Positions 27,810 to 37,721 of a DNA stretch of 64,000 nt are shown here, one piece after another; the first letter of the stretch is position 1; the number at the start of each line of letters is the position of its first letter. The position numbers and the translations under genes were made by a program. The notes beneath the pieces were generated by a model that was given only the letters and a program-made list of their open reading frames with translations, made no database searches and was not told the origin of the DNA. Source of the stretch: an uncultured Candidatus Rokubacteria bacterium (GTDB taxonomy: Bacteria > Methylomirabilota > Methylomirabilia > Rokubacteriales > DASRDR01). Location: the NCBI GenBank assembly GCA_963826115.1, contig CAWGVS010000010.1, forward strand, positions 384,001-448,000, written 5' to 3'.

Positions 27810-28653
27810 AGCGACCGGTGCGGAGGTCCTGGAGAGTCTGCTCGATCTCCGCGCGCGTGTTCATGACGAACGGGCCGTAGCGGGCGATCGGCTCGCCGAG
27901 CGGCCGGGCCGCGGCGAGCAGGAACCGGCCCCCGCCGGGGCCCGCCCACGCCTCGATCAGGTCGCCGTCGCCGAACACCAGGAGGGCGGGGCCGTGGACC
28001 GGCTTCCGCTCCGGGCCGAACGCGACGTCGCCCTTGTCCAGGTACGCGAAGACGGTGTGGCCGCGCGCCACCGTCTCCCGGAACGCGGTCCCCGGCGGCA
28101 GCGTGACGTCCACGAACTTGGGCGCGACCGCCAGGCCCTCGACCGGGCCCTGGAGCGTCCCGCCGGCCGCGTCCCCCGCGATCACGCGGATCCGCGCGCC
28201 CTCGGCGACCTCGACCTCGGGCAGGCTCTTCCCCTGGAGGTCCCGGTACTTCGGGCGCGTCATCTTGTCCCGCGCCGGCAGGTTCAGCCAGAGCTGGAGC
28301 CCGGCGATCCCCTCCGGGCGGACCTGGGGCATCTCCTCGTGGAGGATGCCGCTGCCCGACGTCATCCACTGGATGTCGCCGGCGCCGATGCTGCCCTGGT
28401 GGCCGAGCGAGTCGCGGTGCCGGACCTCGCCCTGGCGCACGATCGTCACCGTCTCGATGCCGCGATGCGGGTGGTAGGGGAACCCGGCCCGGTAGTCGGC
28501 CGGCTCCGCCGACTCGAAGTGGTCCAGCAGCAGAAACGGATCGAGGTGGTCGAGCCGCCGCGTGCCGATGCTGCGCCCGAGATGGACGCCCGCGCCCTCG
28601 ACGACCGGCTCGGGCGGGGTCACGACCTTCGTCACCTTCCTGGACTCCGACAT
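27781..28653 (-). CDS. pirin family protein
   Basis: DPFLLLDHF, GFP.HPHRG.ETVT, QWMT.GSGI.H.E, YGPFVMNT. Confidence 0.95.
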   Translation of the reverse strand: MSESRKVTKVVTPPEPVVEGAGVHLGRSIGTRRLDHLDPFLLLDHFESAEPADYRAGFPYHPHRGIETVTIVRQGEVRHRDSLGHQGSIGAGDIQWMTSGSGILHEEMPQVRPEGIAGLQLWLNLPARDKMTRPKYRDLQGKSLPEVEVAEGARIRVIAGDAAGGTLQGPVEGLAVAPKFVDVTLPPGTAFRETVARGHTVFAYLDKGDVAFGPERKPVHGPALLVFGDGDLIEAWAGPGGGRFLLAAARPLGEPIARYGPFVMNTRAEIEQTLQDLRTGRFIREEPGDA

Positions 28654-28836
28654 GTCTCAGCGACCTCCTTGGCTCAAGATTTCAACGCTCCCAGTCCAGT
28701 GTAGCGAGCGCGTCAAACGGCCCCCGGCGGAAAGGGGACGGCGGCTGGCGTGGGGCCGCGGCCGGGGGTAGTGTGTCTGCCACGGTTGGCGGGCCCCGGT
28801 CCTGGCCGAGAAAACGTCGAGCCGCGGAGGTGACCC

Positions 28837-29169
28837 ATGCCCCTCTACATGTACCAGGCCGCCTATACGCCCGAGTCCTGGAGCGCCCAGCTGAAGAATC
28901 CGCAGAACCGGATCGAGAGCGTGGGCCGACAGGTGTGCGAGGCCGTGGGAGGAAAGCTCCTCGGAGGCTGGCTCTCGTTCGGCGAGTACGACCTCGTGAT
29001 CATCGCGGACGTCCCGGGGAACGAGGCGATGGCCGCCATCGCCCTCGGGGTGGCCGCCGGAGGCGCCATCAAGTCCGCCAAGACGACCGTCCTCATGTCG
29101 GGAGCGGAGGGCGTGGCCGCCCTCAAGAAGGCGGACGCCGTCACCAAGACGTATCGCCCCGCCCGCTGA
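28837..29169 (+). CDS. GYD domain protein
   Basis: Y..Q..YT.E, GGKL, FGEYD motif; GGAGG RBS. Confidence 0.88.
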   Translation: MPLYMYQAAYTPESWSAQLKNPQNRIESVGRQVCEAVGGKLLGGWLSFGEYDLVIIADVPGNEAMAAIALGVAAGGAIKSAKTTVLMSGAEGVAALKKADAVTKTYRPAR

Positions 29170-29228
29170 GCCGTCCGGACGCGAGGCCGGGGCGCCCGCC
29201 AACCGCCCCCCGGCCGGCGCCCCGACCG

Positions 29229-30248
29229 TCAGTCGCCCGCGCCCCGGGCCCGCAGGCGATCGAACAGCACGGCGACGATGATGAAGGTCCCCACGAACGT
29301 GCCCTGCCAGAACGTGCTGATCCCGAGCAGGATGAGGCTGTTCCGGATCACCTCGATCAGGGCGGCGCCGACGATCGCGCCGAAGGCGGTGCCGGCGCCG
29401 CCGCTCAGGTTCGCCCCGCCGATGACGGCGGCGGCGATGACGGTCAGCTCCATCCCCTGGCCGAGGCCCGTGGTGATGGTGCCGAGCCACCCGACCTCGA
29501 GGATGCCGGCGATGCCGGCGCAGAGCGCGCAGGCCATGTAGACGCTGACCTTCACCAGCCGGACCGGCACGCCCGTGAGGTTGGCCGCCGCCTCGTTGCC
29601 GCCGATCGCGAACACGTGGCGGCCCCAGCGAGTCCAGCGGAAGGCGAAGCCGGCGATGAGCGCCATGGCGACCAGGAACAAGACGGGATTCGGGACCTGC
29701 ACGGGGGCCCGGAACGGCAGCGCGACGGTGATGAACCCCCCGCCGAGGGCCAGCAGCTGGTCCTGGTCGGGGCCGAACTCGTAGACCATGCGGTTGTTGG
29801 AGAGCACCATCGCCAGGCTCCGAGCGATGGACAGCATGCCGAGCGTCACCACGAACGGGGGCATGCCGACGTAGGCGATCATCACGCCGTTGAACGCCCC
29901 CACGCCGAGCGCGGTGGCGAGCGCCAGCGGGACGGCCACCCAGAACGGCGTGCCGACGTTCATCGACATGCCGATCACCATGCCGGACAGGGCGAGGACG
30001 GCGCCGACCGACAGGTCGATGCCGCCGGTGACGATGACCGCGGTCATGCCGAGCGCGATGATCCCGACGAAGGCGAAGTTGCGGGTGACGTTGAAGAGGT
30101 TCTGCTGCGTCGCGAACACGTCGCTGGCGAACGAGAGAAGGACGAAGGCCAGCACGGCGGCCAGGGAGACCCAGAACGTCTGGCGGCTGACGAGCCAGCT
30201 CACCGGGCCCTCGTGCGTCCGCCGCCCGATCGACTCCTCGAGCGTCAT
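29229..30248 (-). CDS. monosaccharide ABC transporter permease (RbsC-like)
   Basis: GGIDLSVG, PPFVVTLG, GR..FAIGGNE.AA.L.G, IAAAVIGG. Confidence 0.93.
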   Translation of the reverse strand: MTLEESIGRRTHEGPVSWLVSRQTFWVSLAAVLAFVLLSFASDVFATQQNLFNVTRNFAFVGIIALGMTAVIVTGGIDLSVGAVLALSGMVIGMSMNVGTPFWVAVPLALATALGVGAFNGVMIAYVGMPPFVVTLGMLSIARSLAMVLSNNRMVYEFGPDQDQLLALGGGFITVALPFRAPVQVPNPVLFLVAMALIAGFAFRWTRWGRHVFAIGGNEAAANLTGVPVRLVKVSVYMACALCAGIAGILEVGWLGTITTGLGQGMELTVIAAAVIGGANLSGGAGTAFGAIVGAALIEVIRNSLILLGISTFWQGTFVGTFIIVAVLFDRLRARGAGD

Positions 30249-30291
30249 CGCCACGTCGGGACGCCTCGCGCTCGGGCCGCCGGCCCGTCCA

Positions 30292-31032
30292 TCAGGCGGA
30301 TTCGACGGCACCGGTGATGAGCCCCGTGACCTCCTGGGGGGAGCTCGCCGCGATGGCCTTGTCCGCGACCTTCGCGCCGCGCCGGAGCACCACGATGCGG
30401 TCGGCGACCGCGAACACGTCCGGCATGCGGTGGCTGATCAGCACCACCGCGATCCCGTGGTCGCGCAGCCGGCGGATGAGGCTCAGCACCTCCGCGACCT
30501 GGCGCACGCTGATGGCCGCCGTCGGCTCGTCCATCAGCACGATCTTCGGCTCCGAGAGGCGCGTCCGCGCGATGGCGACCGCCTGCCGCTGCCCACCCGA
30601 CATGCGCCGGACCAGGTCGCGGGGCCGCGTCTCGGACTTCAGCTCCGCGAAGAGCTCCCCGGCCCGCTGGTACATCGCCCGGTAATCCAGGACGCGGAAC
30701 GGCCCGAACCCCCGGGTGAGCTCGCGCCCGAGGTACACGTTCGCCGCCGCGGTGAGGTTGTCGCAGAGCGCGAGGTCCTGATAGACGACCTCGATGCCCT
30801 CGACGCGCGCGTCGGCCGGCTTGTGAAACGCGACCGGGCGGCCGAGCATCGCCATCGTCCCGCCGCTCGGCGGGTAGTTCCCCGCCACGATCTTGACGAG
30901 CGTGGACTTGCCGGCGCCGTTGTCGCCCATGAGGCCCACGACTTCCCCGGCGCTGAGCGACAGCGACACGTCGACCAGCGCCTGGATGGCGCCGAAGTGC
31001 TTGGAGATGCCGGTGAGCTCGAGGAGCCCCAT
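30292..31032 (-). CDS. monosaccharide ABC transporter ATPase
   Basis: GDNGAGKST, SGGQRQ, MDEPT, ISH. Confidence 0.93.
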   Translation of the reverse strand: MGLLELTGISKHFGAIQALVDVSLSLSAGEVVGLMGDNGAGKSTLVKIVAGNYPPSGGTMAMLGRPVAFHKPADARVEGIEVVYQDLALCDNLTAAANVYLGRELTRGFGPFRVLDYRAMYQRAGELFAELKSETRPRDLVRRMSGGQRQAVAIARTRLSEPKIVLMDEPTAAISVRQVAEVLSLIRRLRDHGIAVVLISHRMPDVFAVADRIVVLRRGAKVADKAIAASSPQEVTGLITGAVESA

Positions 31033-31102
31033 CGGACGGCGCGCCTACCCGGCCCCGCCGCGCGCCGCGAGCGGCCCGCGGGCCGGCCGGAGGCCTGGAA
31101 CA

Positions 31103-31128
31103 GAAAGGGCGCCGCGGGGCGCCCTTTC
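31103..31128 (-). terminator. hairpin after the binding-protein gene (terminator or mRNA stabiliser)
   Basis: Perfect 11-bp inverted repeat GAAAGGGCGCC-N4-GGCGCCCTTTC, T-rich end on the minus strand. Confidence 0.55.
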
Positions 31129-31148
31129 GCCAGGGACCGGGCGCCGGG

Positions 31149-32144
31149 CTACTGCGCCGGGCACTTCCCGATGTTCTGAGGCGTGCACTCGTCCAGGCCG
31201 GTGTAGAGCGGGTCCTTGACCGGCTTCTTGTTGATGAGGTCGATCAGCACGGCCGGGGCCCGGTGTCCCATCTCGAAGGGGCGCTGCCCGATCTGCGCGT
31301 GGCTCCGCCCCGCCTTCAGCGCGTTCATCTGCGGCGGGAGCGTGTCCCCGGCCACGATGACCAGCTTCTTCTCCTTGAGCTTCGCCATCACCTGGTCGGT
31401 GACTTGCGCGTAGGCCTGCGGGCCGAACTGGGCCCAGCCGCCCACGAGGATGAAGGCGTCCAGGTTGGGGTTGGCGATGAACGTGTCGGACATCTGCTGG
31501 TTCGCGAGGTCGATCTGGTCGTTCGTGAAGAGCGGGCAGCCCTTGATCTCGGTCCAGCCGCCCTCGCCCTTCAGGCGATCGATGCCCTTCTTGCCCGAGA
31601 TGGTGTCGCGGAACCCCTGCGCGCGGGCGTTGATGTTGTCGGCGGCGACGTTGCCGAGCTGCAGGCACACGGTGCCGCCCTTGGGCTTGAGCCCCTTCAG
31701 GTGCTTCGCCATCAGGACGCCCATGTCGTAGTTGTTCGTTCCGAGGTAGGTCTTCCGGAGCGACCGGTCCGCCGCCGCCAGGTCGGCGTCGATCGTCATG
31801 ATCGGCATGGTCGGCTTCTTCGCCTTGAGCATGTTGGCCATGGCCGGCGCGTTCGACGGCGAGATCGCGATGCCGGCGGCGCCCGAGTTGATGAGGTCCT
31901 CCACGATCCGGACCTCCCCGGTCTCGTCGGCGCTCGATGCCGGCCCCGTGTACACGCACTTGTACTCGGACTTCGGATTCTCCTTGTTCCAGAGCTCGCA
32001 GCCGTTGCCGAGCACGGTGAAGAACGGGTTGTCCAGGCCCTTGACCACGACCGCGAGGGTCTTCTTCTGCTGGGCCGGGGCGGGAGTGCTCCCGACGAGC
32101 GCGAGCGCCCAGACGCCGATGAGGACGAGGATCGTCTTTTTCAT
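31149..32144 (-). CDS. sugar ABC transporter substrate-binding protein
   Basis: Signal peptide MKKTIL..., K..DNPFF, GTNNY, Q.PFEMG. Confidence 0.92.
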   Translation of the reverse strand: MKKTILVLIGVWALALVGSTPAPAQQKKTLAVVVKGLDNPFFTVLGNGCELWNKENPKSEYKCVYTGPASSADETGEVRIVEDLINSGAAGIAISPSNAPAMANMLKAKKPTMPIMTIDADLAAADRSLRKTYLGTNNYDMGVLMAKHLKGLKPKGGTVCLQLGNVAADNINARAQGFRDTISGKKGIDRLKGEGGWTEIKGCPLFTNDQIDLANQQMSDTFIANPNLDAFILVGGWAQFGPQAYAQVTDQVMAKLKEKKLVIVAGDTLPPQMNALKAGRSHAQIGQRPFEMGHRAPAVLIDLINKKPVKDPLYTGLDECTPQNIGKCPAQ

Positions 32145-32346
32145 TCCGCGCCTCCACGTGGTGCGTGATTCACGCCGTCGTGCCGCGGACCGGGCGGGTC
32201 GTAGGCGGTCGCCGTTGACCACCGGACGACCATACCCCAGCCGAGGGGCCCACGCCAGGGGCCGGGGCGCGGCCCGTCCGGCGAATGATATTCGCGCCTT
32301 ACCGGCCGGCGGCGCCGGATCCGCGCGCGTTTCGCTGGACAAGCGA

Positions 32347-32362
32347 GTGAGTGCATGCTCAC
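32347..32362. promoter_or_regulatory. palindromic candidate TetR operator
   Basis: GTGAG-TGCATG-CTCAC, 9 nt upstream of the TetR ATG. Confidence 0.5.
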
Positions 32363-32371
32363 CTGGAAGGC

Positions 32372-33055
32372 ATGCGGAAGCGTGTCCGGCTCCCGTCGGG
32401 GGAGCGTCGCCAGGCGATCGTCACGGCCGTGAAGGGCGTCTTCGCCGCCAAGGGCTTCGACGGCACGACGACGCGCGAGCTCGCGCGCGCGGCGGGCGTG
32501 TCGGAGGCGCTCCTCTACAAGCACTTCCCCAGCAAGGAGTCCCTCTACGCCGGCATGCTCGACGCGTGCGCCGACGGGCGCATGGCCGCGGAGTTTGGCC
32601 GCATCCTCGCGCGGCCCGCGTCCACGTCGACCTTGATCGTGCTGGTGCACCTCCTGACCTCGCACTTCGTGCTCTCGAAGGACCTCCAGAAGGTCACCAT
32701 GCACCGTCTGGTGCTCCGGAGCCTCCTGGAGGACGCCGACTTCGTCCGGCTCGGCGCCCGACAGTTCGACGCGAGCTGGATCCGGAAGGTCGAGGCGTGC
32801 ATCGAGGCGGCGGTCAAGTCCGGCGACCTGAAGGCGACGCCCGTCCGGCGGGACCTGGGCGCCTGGTTCGTGCACCACCTGGCGTTCGCGCTGATGCTGC
32901 ATCTGCAGCCCAAGGTGCCGCCCGTCGACTACGGAATCCCTCGTTCCGCGCTGGTCGTCCAAGCAGTGTGGTTCCTTCTCCGGGGGATCGGCCTGGAGGA
33001 GGCGGCGATCCGGCGCCACTATCGCCCCCAGGCCCTGTCGCACCTCCCGACGTGA
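32372..33055 (+). CDS. TetR/AcrR family regulator
   Basis: FA.KGF.GTTTRELA.AAGVSEALLYKHF.SKE HTH. Confidence 0.95.
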   Translation: MRKRVRLPSGERRQAIVTAVKGVFAAKGFDGTTTRELARAAGVSEALLYKHFPSKESLYAGMLDACADGRMAAEFGRILARPASTSTLIVLVHLLTSHFVLSKDLQKVTMHRLVLRSLLEDADFVRLGARQFDASWIRKVEACIEAAVKSGDLKATPVRRDLGAWFVHHLAFALMLHLQPKVPPVDYGIPRSALVVQAVWFLLRGIGLEEAAIRRHYRPQALSHLPT

Positions 33056-33084
33056 CGCGGCCAGAGCGACGCACAGGAATCGAC

Positions 33085-34500
33085 ATGAGCGTGTCATCGT
33101 TCGTCACCGCGGCCCGGACGCTCCTCGGCGTGGGCCTGCTCGCGCTGGCGCTCGCCGCCTGCGACCGGCAGGCCCAGCCCGCCTTCGAGCGGCCGCCGGC
33201 CCCCGTCGCCGTGGCGACGGCCGTCCAGCGCGATACGCCCCTCTATCTCGACGCCGTGGGGAAGTGCGCGGCCAACGAGGTGGTCTCCATCCAGCCGCAG
33301 ATCTCCGGGCGGATCGTGAAGATCCACTTCACCGACGGCGCCGACCTGAAGCAGGGCGACCTCCTGTTCACGATCGACCCGCGGCCGGTCCAGGCCGCCG
33401 TCCAGCAGGCCGAGGCCAACGTGGCGCGCGACCAGGCGCAGGCGCGCCAGGCTGAGGCCAACACCGCGCGCGACCAGGCTGCGGTGGCGCAGGCGCAGGC
33501 GGCGCTGACCCAGGCCCGGGCGCAGCTCGCCCAGGCGGAGGCCAACGTCGTCCGCGACCAGGCGCAGCTCGAGAACGCGCAGGCGCAGGACCGGCGCTAC
33601 GCCGAGCTGGTCCGCCAGGGGTACGTCGCCCGCGAGCAGGGCGACCAGGTCCGGACGGCCATGGAGACGGCGGCGGCCACGCTCCGGGCCGACCAGGCGA
33701 TGATCGACAACGGCAAGGCCGCCATCGCGGCCGCCGAGGCCTCGCTGGCGCAGGCGCGCGCCGCGGTGATTGCCGGCCAGGCGGCGGTCGAGAACGCCCG
33801 CGCCACCGTCCGCGCCAACGAGGCGGCGGTCGAGAGCACGCGGCTGCAGCTCGCGTACACGGAGATCCGGGCGCCGATCGACGGGCGCGCGGGCCAGCGG
33901 CTGGTCGACATCGGCAACGTCGTCACCGCCAATGCGGGCTCGCTCCTCAGCATCCAGCGGCTCGACCCGATCTACGCCGAGTTCACGGTGACGGAGAACG
34001 ACCTCACCGCGGTCCAGCAGCACATGCAGGGCGGCCGGCTCGCGGTCGAGGTGCGGCTGCCCGACCTGCCGGGCACGGTCATGCCGGGCACGCTGACCTT
34101 CGTCGACAACGCCGTGCAGGAGGGGACCGGGACCGTCAAGCTTCGCGCGACCGTGCCGAATCGGGAGCGCCGGCTCTGGCCGGGGCGCTTCGTGAATGTG
34201 CGGCTCATCCTCGGCCAGGTCGCCAACGCCGTGCTCATCCCCGGCGCGGCGCCCCAGGCGGCGGCGAAGGGCCTGTTCGTCTACGTGGTCAAGGAGGACG
34301 GGACGGCGGACATCCGGCCGGTGACGCTCGGACAGCGCCAGGGCGACCTGGTCATCGTGACGGCGGGCCTCAAGCCCGGCGAGCGCGTGGTCACCGTGGG
34401 CCAGATGGGCGTCACGCCCGGCGGGAAGGTCCGCATCGAGGCGCCGCCGGCCGCCGGGCAGCCCGCCACGCCCGGCGCGGACGCGAAGCCGAAGCCGTGA
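33085..34500 (+). CDS. RND efflux membrane fusion protein (MdtA-like) with extended helical hairpin
   Basis: Lipobox LAAC; GDLLFTIDPRP, YTEIRAPIDG, TGTVKLRA, LWPG.FV. Confidence 0.92.
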   Translation: MSVSSFVTAARTLLGVGLLALALAACDRQAQPAFERPPAPVAVATAVQRDTPLYLDAVGKCAANEVVSIQPQISGRIVKIHFTDGADLKQGDLLFTIDPRPVQAAVQQAEANVARDQAQARQAEANTARDQAAVAQAQAALTQARAQLAQAEANVVRDQAQLENAQAQDRRYAELVRQGYVAREQGDQVRTAMETAAATLRADQAMIDNGKAAIAAAEASLAQARAAVIAGQAAVENARATVRANEAAVESTRLQLAYTEIRAPIDGRAGQRLVDIGNVVTANAGSLLSIQRLDPIYAEFTVTENDLTAVQQHMQGGRLAVEVRLPDLPGTVMPGTLTFVDNAVQEGTGTVKLRATVPNRERRLWPGRFVNVRLILGQVANAVLIPGAAPQAAAKGLFVYVVKEDGTADIRPVTLGQRQGDLVIVTAGLKPGERVVTVGQMGVTPGGKVRIEAPPAAGQPATPGADAKPKP

Positions 34501-37500
34501 ACCTCTCCGAGCCGTTCATCCGCCGGCCGGTCATGACGGCGGTCCTCACCGCCTCGGTGGTGCTCTTCGGCGTCCTGAGCTACCGCCAGCTGCCGGTGAA
34601 CGACCTGCCCGTCGTCGACTACCCGGTGATCCAGGTGCAGGCGGACTATCCGGGGGCCAGCCCCGACACGATGGCCAACAACATCGCGACGCCGCTCGAG
34701 CGCCAGTTCATGCAGATCACCGGGCTCGAGGTCGTGACCTCGAAGAGCACCCAGGGGCACGTCAGCCTGACGCTCCAGTTCTCGCTGGACAAGAGCATCG
34801 ACGCCGCCGCCACCGACGTCCAGACGGCGATCACCCAGGCCACCGGCAGCCTCCCCGTCGACCTGCCGTCACCGCCGACCCTGTCGAAGACGAACCCGAA
34901 CGACCAGCCGATCATGTACGTCGCGCTGACGAGCGACTCGATCACGCCCGGCCAGCTCTACGACTACACGAACGTCCAGATCGGCCAGCGCATCAGCATC
35001 CTGCCCGGCGTCAGCCGCGTCGCGGTCTTCGGCACCAAGTCGGCCATCCGCATCAAGGCGGACCCGGCGTCGATGTGGGCGCGCGGCATCTCGATCGACG
35101 ACCTCGCCAACGCCATCCGGGGCGGCACCAGCTACTCCGGGGCCGGGCAGCTGGACTCGGCGGCCGGCACCGCGCTGATCCGCCCCCACGGCCAGCTGGA
35201 CAGCGCCGACGCGTACCGGAGCCTCGTCGTCAACGTCAACTCGACCGGCGGCGCGCCCGTGTACCTCCGCGACGTCGCGGAGGTGAAGGAGTCCGTCCAG
35301 GACGAGCGCATCAGCATGCGGTACTGGGCGCGGGGCTACACCATCCCGTCCGCCACCGTCGTCATGGCCGTCTACCGGCAGGCGGGCGCGAACGCCGTGA
35401 AGGTGTCCCAGAGCATCAAGGACCTGGTGCCGGTCATCATGGCCGAGCTCCCGGGCGCGGTGCGCATCACGCCGGTCTACGACCGCTCGCAGACGATCGT
35501 GAACTCCGTCCACGACGTGCAGCTCACCCTGATCGTCGCGTTCGTGCTGGTCGTCGTCGTGATCTTCGTGTTCCTGGGCCGGGCGGCCGACACGCTGATC
35601 CCGGCCGTGGCGCTGCCGCTGTCGCTCCTGCTCACCTTCGTCGTCATGCGGCTTCTCGACTACAGCCTGGACAACCTGTCGCTGATGGCGCTCACGCTGG
35701 CCATCGGGTTCCTGGTGGACGACGCCATCGTGTTCCTGGAGAACACGGTGCGGCGCATGGAGCGCGGCGAGCGGGCCCTCGAGGCGACGCTCACCAGCGC
35801 CCGGGAGATCAGCTTCACGATCTTCGCCATGACCATCTCGCTGGCGGCCGTGTTCCTGCCGCTGGTCGTCATGCCAGGCCTGGTCGGCCGCATCTTCCGG
35901 GAGTTCGCCATCACGATCGTGGTGGCCATCCTCGCCTCGGGCCTCGTGTCGCTCACGCTGACCCCGCTGATGTGCGCGCGGCTCCTCGGACCGCGCGGGC
36001 ATGGGGCGGCCCAGACGTGGATGGAGCGGGTGATGGGCGGCGTCGAGCGCCGGATCCTCGGGATCTACGGCCGGTCGCTCGACTGGTTCCTGCGCCGGCG
36101 CCGGGTGGCCGTCGCGATCTGGCTCGCGTCCCTCCTGGGCACCGTCGGGCTGTTCCTCGTCGTCCCCAAGGCGTTCCTGCCGGTGGGCGACAGCAGCGTG
36201 GTCTTCGGCGTCTTCATCGCGCGCGAGGGCTCGTCGCCGGAGCAGATGCAGCGCGTGCAGGACCGGGCCGACGAGGTGCTCCACAACGACCCGAACGTCA
36301 TGACCGCGTTCACCATGACCGGGAACGGCGCGTTCCTGTCCTCGAACCAGGGGATCACCTTCACCTTCCTCCGGCCGCCCGAGGAGCGCGCGCCCATCGC
36401 CCAGGTGGCGGGCCAGCTGATGGGGAAGATGAGCTCGATCCCCGGGATGTTCGCGTTCCTGAGGCCCTACCCGGTGCTCGAGATCAGCACGGGGGCCACC
36501 AACCAGAACCAGGGGCAGTACGCGTTCTCGGTGTCGGGCGTGAACCCCGAGCAGGTGTACGACGCGGCGACCAAGCTGATGGCGAAGCTCTACGAGTACC
36601 CGGGGTTCGCCACGGTGTCCTCGGACTTCTTCAACAACACCCCGAACCTCGACGTCGAGCTCCGCCGGGACCAGGCCAAGATGTACGGGGTCTCGGAGGC
36701 GCGGATCCTGTCGCTCCTCCGCACCGCGTACTCCCAGAACTACGTGTACCTGATCAAGAAGCCGACGGACCAGTACCAGGTCATCCTCGAGATGGAGGAC
36801 TCCGCCCGGGCCCATCCGGAGGACCTCTCGCGCCTGTACATCCGGTCGGACGACGGGAAGAACCTGGTCCCGCTGAAGGCCCTCGTCGACTGGAAGACGA
36901 CGCTCGGGCCGCAGGCGGTGAACCACATCAACCAGTTCACCAGCGTCACGCTGTTCTTCAATCTGAAGCCGGGCGTGGCGATCGGCGAAGCGGCGGACCA
37001 CATCACGAAGACGGCCGCCGCGATCGTGCCGCCGACCCTGCGGGCCCAGCTCCAGGGCGAGGCCCTGACCTTCCAGAACACGGTGCGGGACCTGACGCTC
37101 CTGATGGCGCTCGCCGTGTTCGTGATGTACGTGATCCTGGCGATCCTCTACGAGAGCTACGTCCACCCGCTGACCGTGCTCTCGACCTTGCCCACGGCGC
37201 TGGTGGGCGGGCTGGCCACGCTCTACCTCTTCGGGGAGCCGGCCACCCTCTACGCGTTCGTCGGGATGTTCATGCTGATGGGCATCGTCAAGAAGAACGG
37301 GATCATGATCGTGGACTTCGCGCGGCACCGCGTCGAGGCGGGGCAGCCCGCGGCCCGCGCCATCCACGACGCGAGCCTCGACCGCTTCCGGCCGATCGTC
37401 ATGACGACCCTGGCCGCGGTGGCGGGGGCGGTGCCGATCGCGGTGGGCGTGGGCGCCGACGGCTCGTCGCGCCGGGCCCTCGGCCTGGTCATCGTCGGCG

Positions 37501-37721
37501 GCCTGATGGTGTCCCAGCTGATCACGCTCTACGTCACGCCGGTGATCTACCTCTACCTCGAGGGCTTCCAGACGCGGGTCCTCGACCGTTCGAGCTTCTT
37601 CCGGTCGGCGGCCCGTCGCGGGGCGGAGCGCGAGGCCGGGGTGGACCGGCGCGCCGTCCCGGCGGCGCCGACGGTCGCCGGCGGGAGCGGCGAGGACGAG
37701 CGCTCGGCCGGCTCCGCCTAG
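34497..37721 (+). CDS. RND efflux permease (MdtB/C-like)
   Basis: FIRRPV, LVDDAIV..EN, ILYES..HP.T.LS, GIVKKNGIM.VDF, RFRPI.MTT. Confidence 0.95.
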   Translation: MNLSEPFIRRPVMTAVLTASVVLFGVLSYRQLPVNDLPVVDYPVIQVQADYPGASPDTMANNIATPLERQFMQITGLEVVTSKSTQGHVSLTLQFSLDKSIDAAATDVQTAITQATGSLPVDLPSPPTLSKTNPNDQPIMYVALTSDSITPGQLYDYTNVQIGQRISILPGVSRVAVFGTKSAIRIKADPASMWARGISIDDLANAIRGGTSYSGAGQLDSAAGTALIRPHGQLDSADAYRSLVVNVNSTGGAPVYLRDVAEVKESVQDERISMRYWARGYTIPSATVVMAVYRQAGANAVKVSQSIKDLVPVIMAELPGAVRITPVYDRSQTIVNSVHDVQLTLIVAFVLVVVVIFVFLGRAADTLIPAVALPLSLLLTFVVMRLLDYSLDNLSLMALTLAIGFLVDDAIVFLENTVRRMERGERALEATLTSAREISFTIFAMTISLAAVFLPLVVMPGLVGRIFREFAITIVVAILASGLVSLTLTPLMCARLLGPRGHGAAQTWMERVMGGVERRILGIYGRSLDWFLRRRRVAVAIWLASLLGTVGLFLVVPKAFLPVGDSSVVFGVFIAREGSSPEQMQRVQDRADEVLHNDPNVMTAFTMTGNGAFLSSNQGITFTFLRPPEERAPIAQVAGQLMGKMSSIPGMFAFLRPYPVLEISTGATNQNQGQYAFSVSGVNPEQVYDAATKLMAKLYEYPGFATVSSDFFNNTPNLDVELRRDQAKMYGVSEARILSLLRTAYSQNYVYLIKKPTDQYQVILEMEDSARAHPEDLSRLYIRSDDGKNLVPLKALVDWKTTLGPQAVNHINQFTSVTLFFNLKPGVAIGEAADHITKTAAAIVPPTLRAQLQGEALTFQNTVRDLTLLMALAVFVMYVILAILYESYVHPLTVLSTLPTALVGGLATLYLFGEPATLYAFVGMFMLMGIVKKNGIMIVDFARHRVEAGQPAARAIHDASLDRFRPIVMTTLAAVAGAVPIAVGVGADGSSRRALGLVIVGGLMVSQLITLYVTPVIYLYLEGFQTRVLDRSSFFRSAARRGAEREAGVDRRAVPAAPTVAGGSGEDERSAGSA

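Noticed and set aside
31798-34500. 900-aa fusion ORF ending in the RND adaptor
   Set aside because: The upstream part overlaps the sugar-binding and TetR genes; the real start is ATG 33085 with a lipoprotein signal
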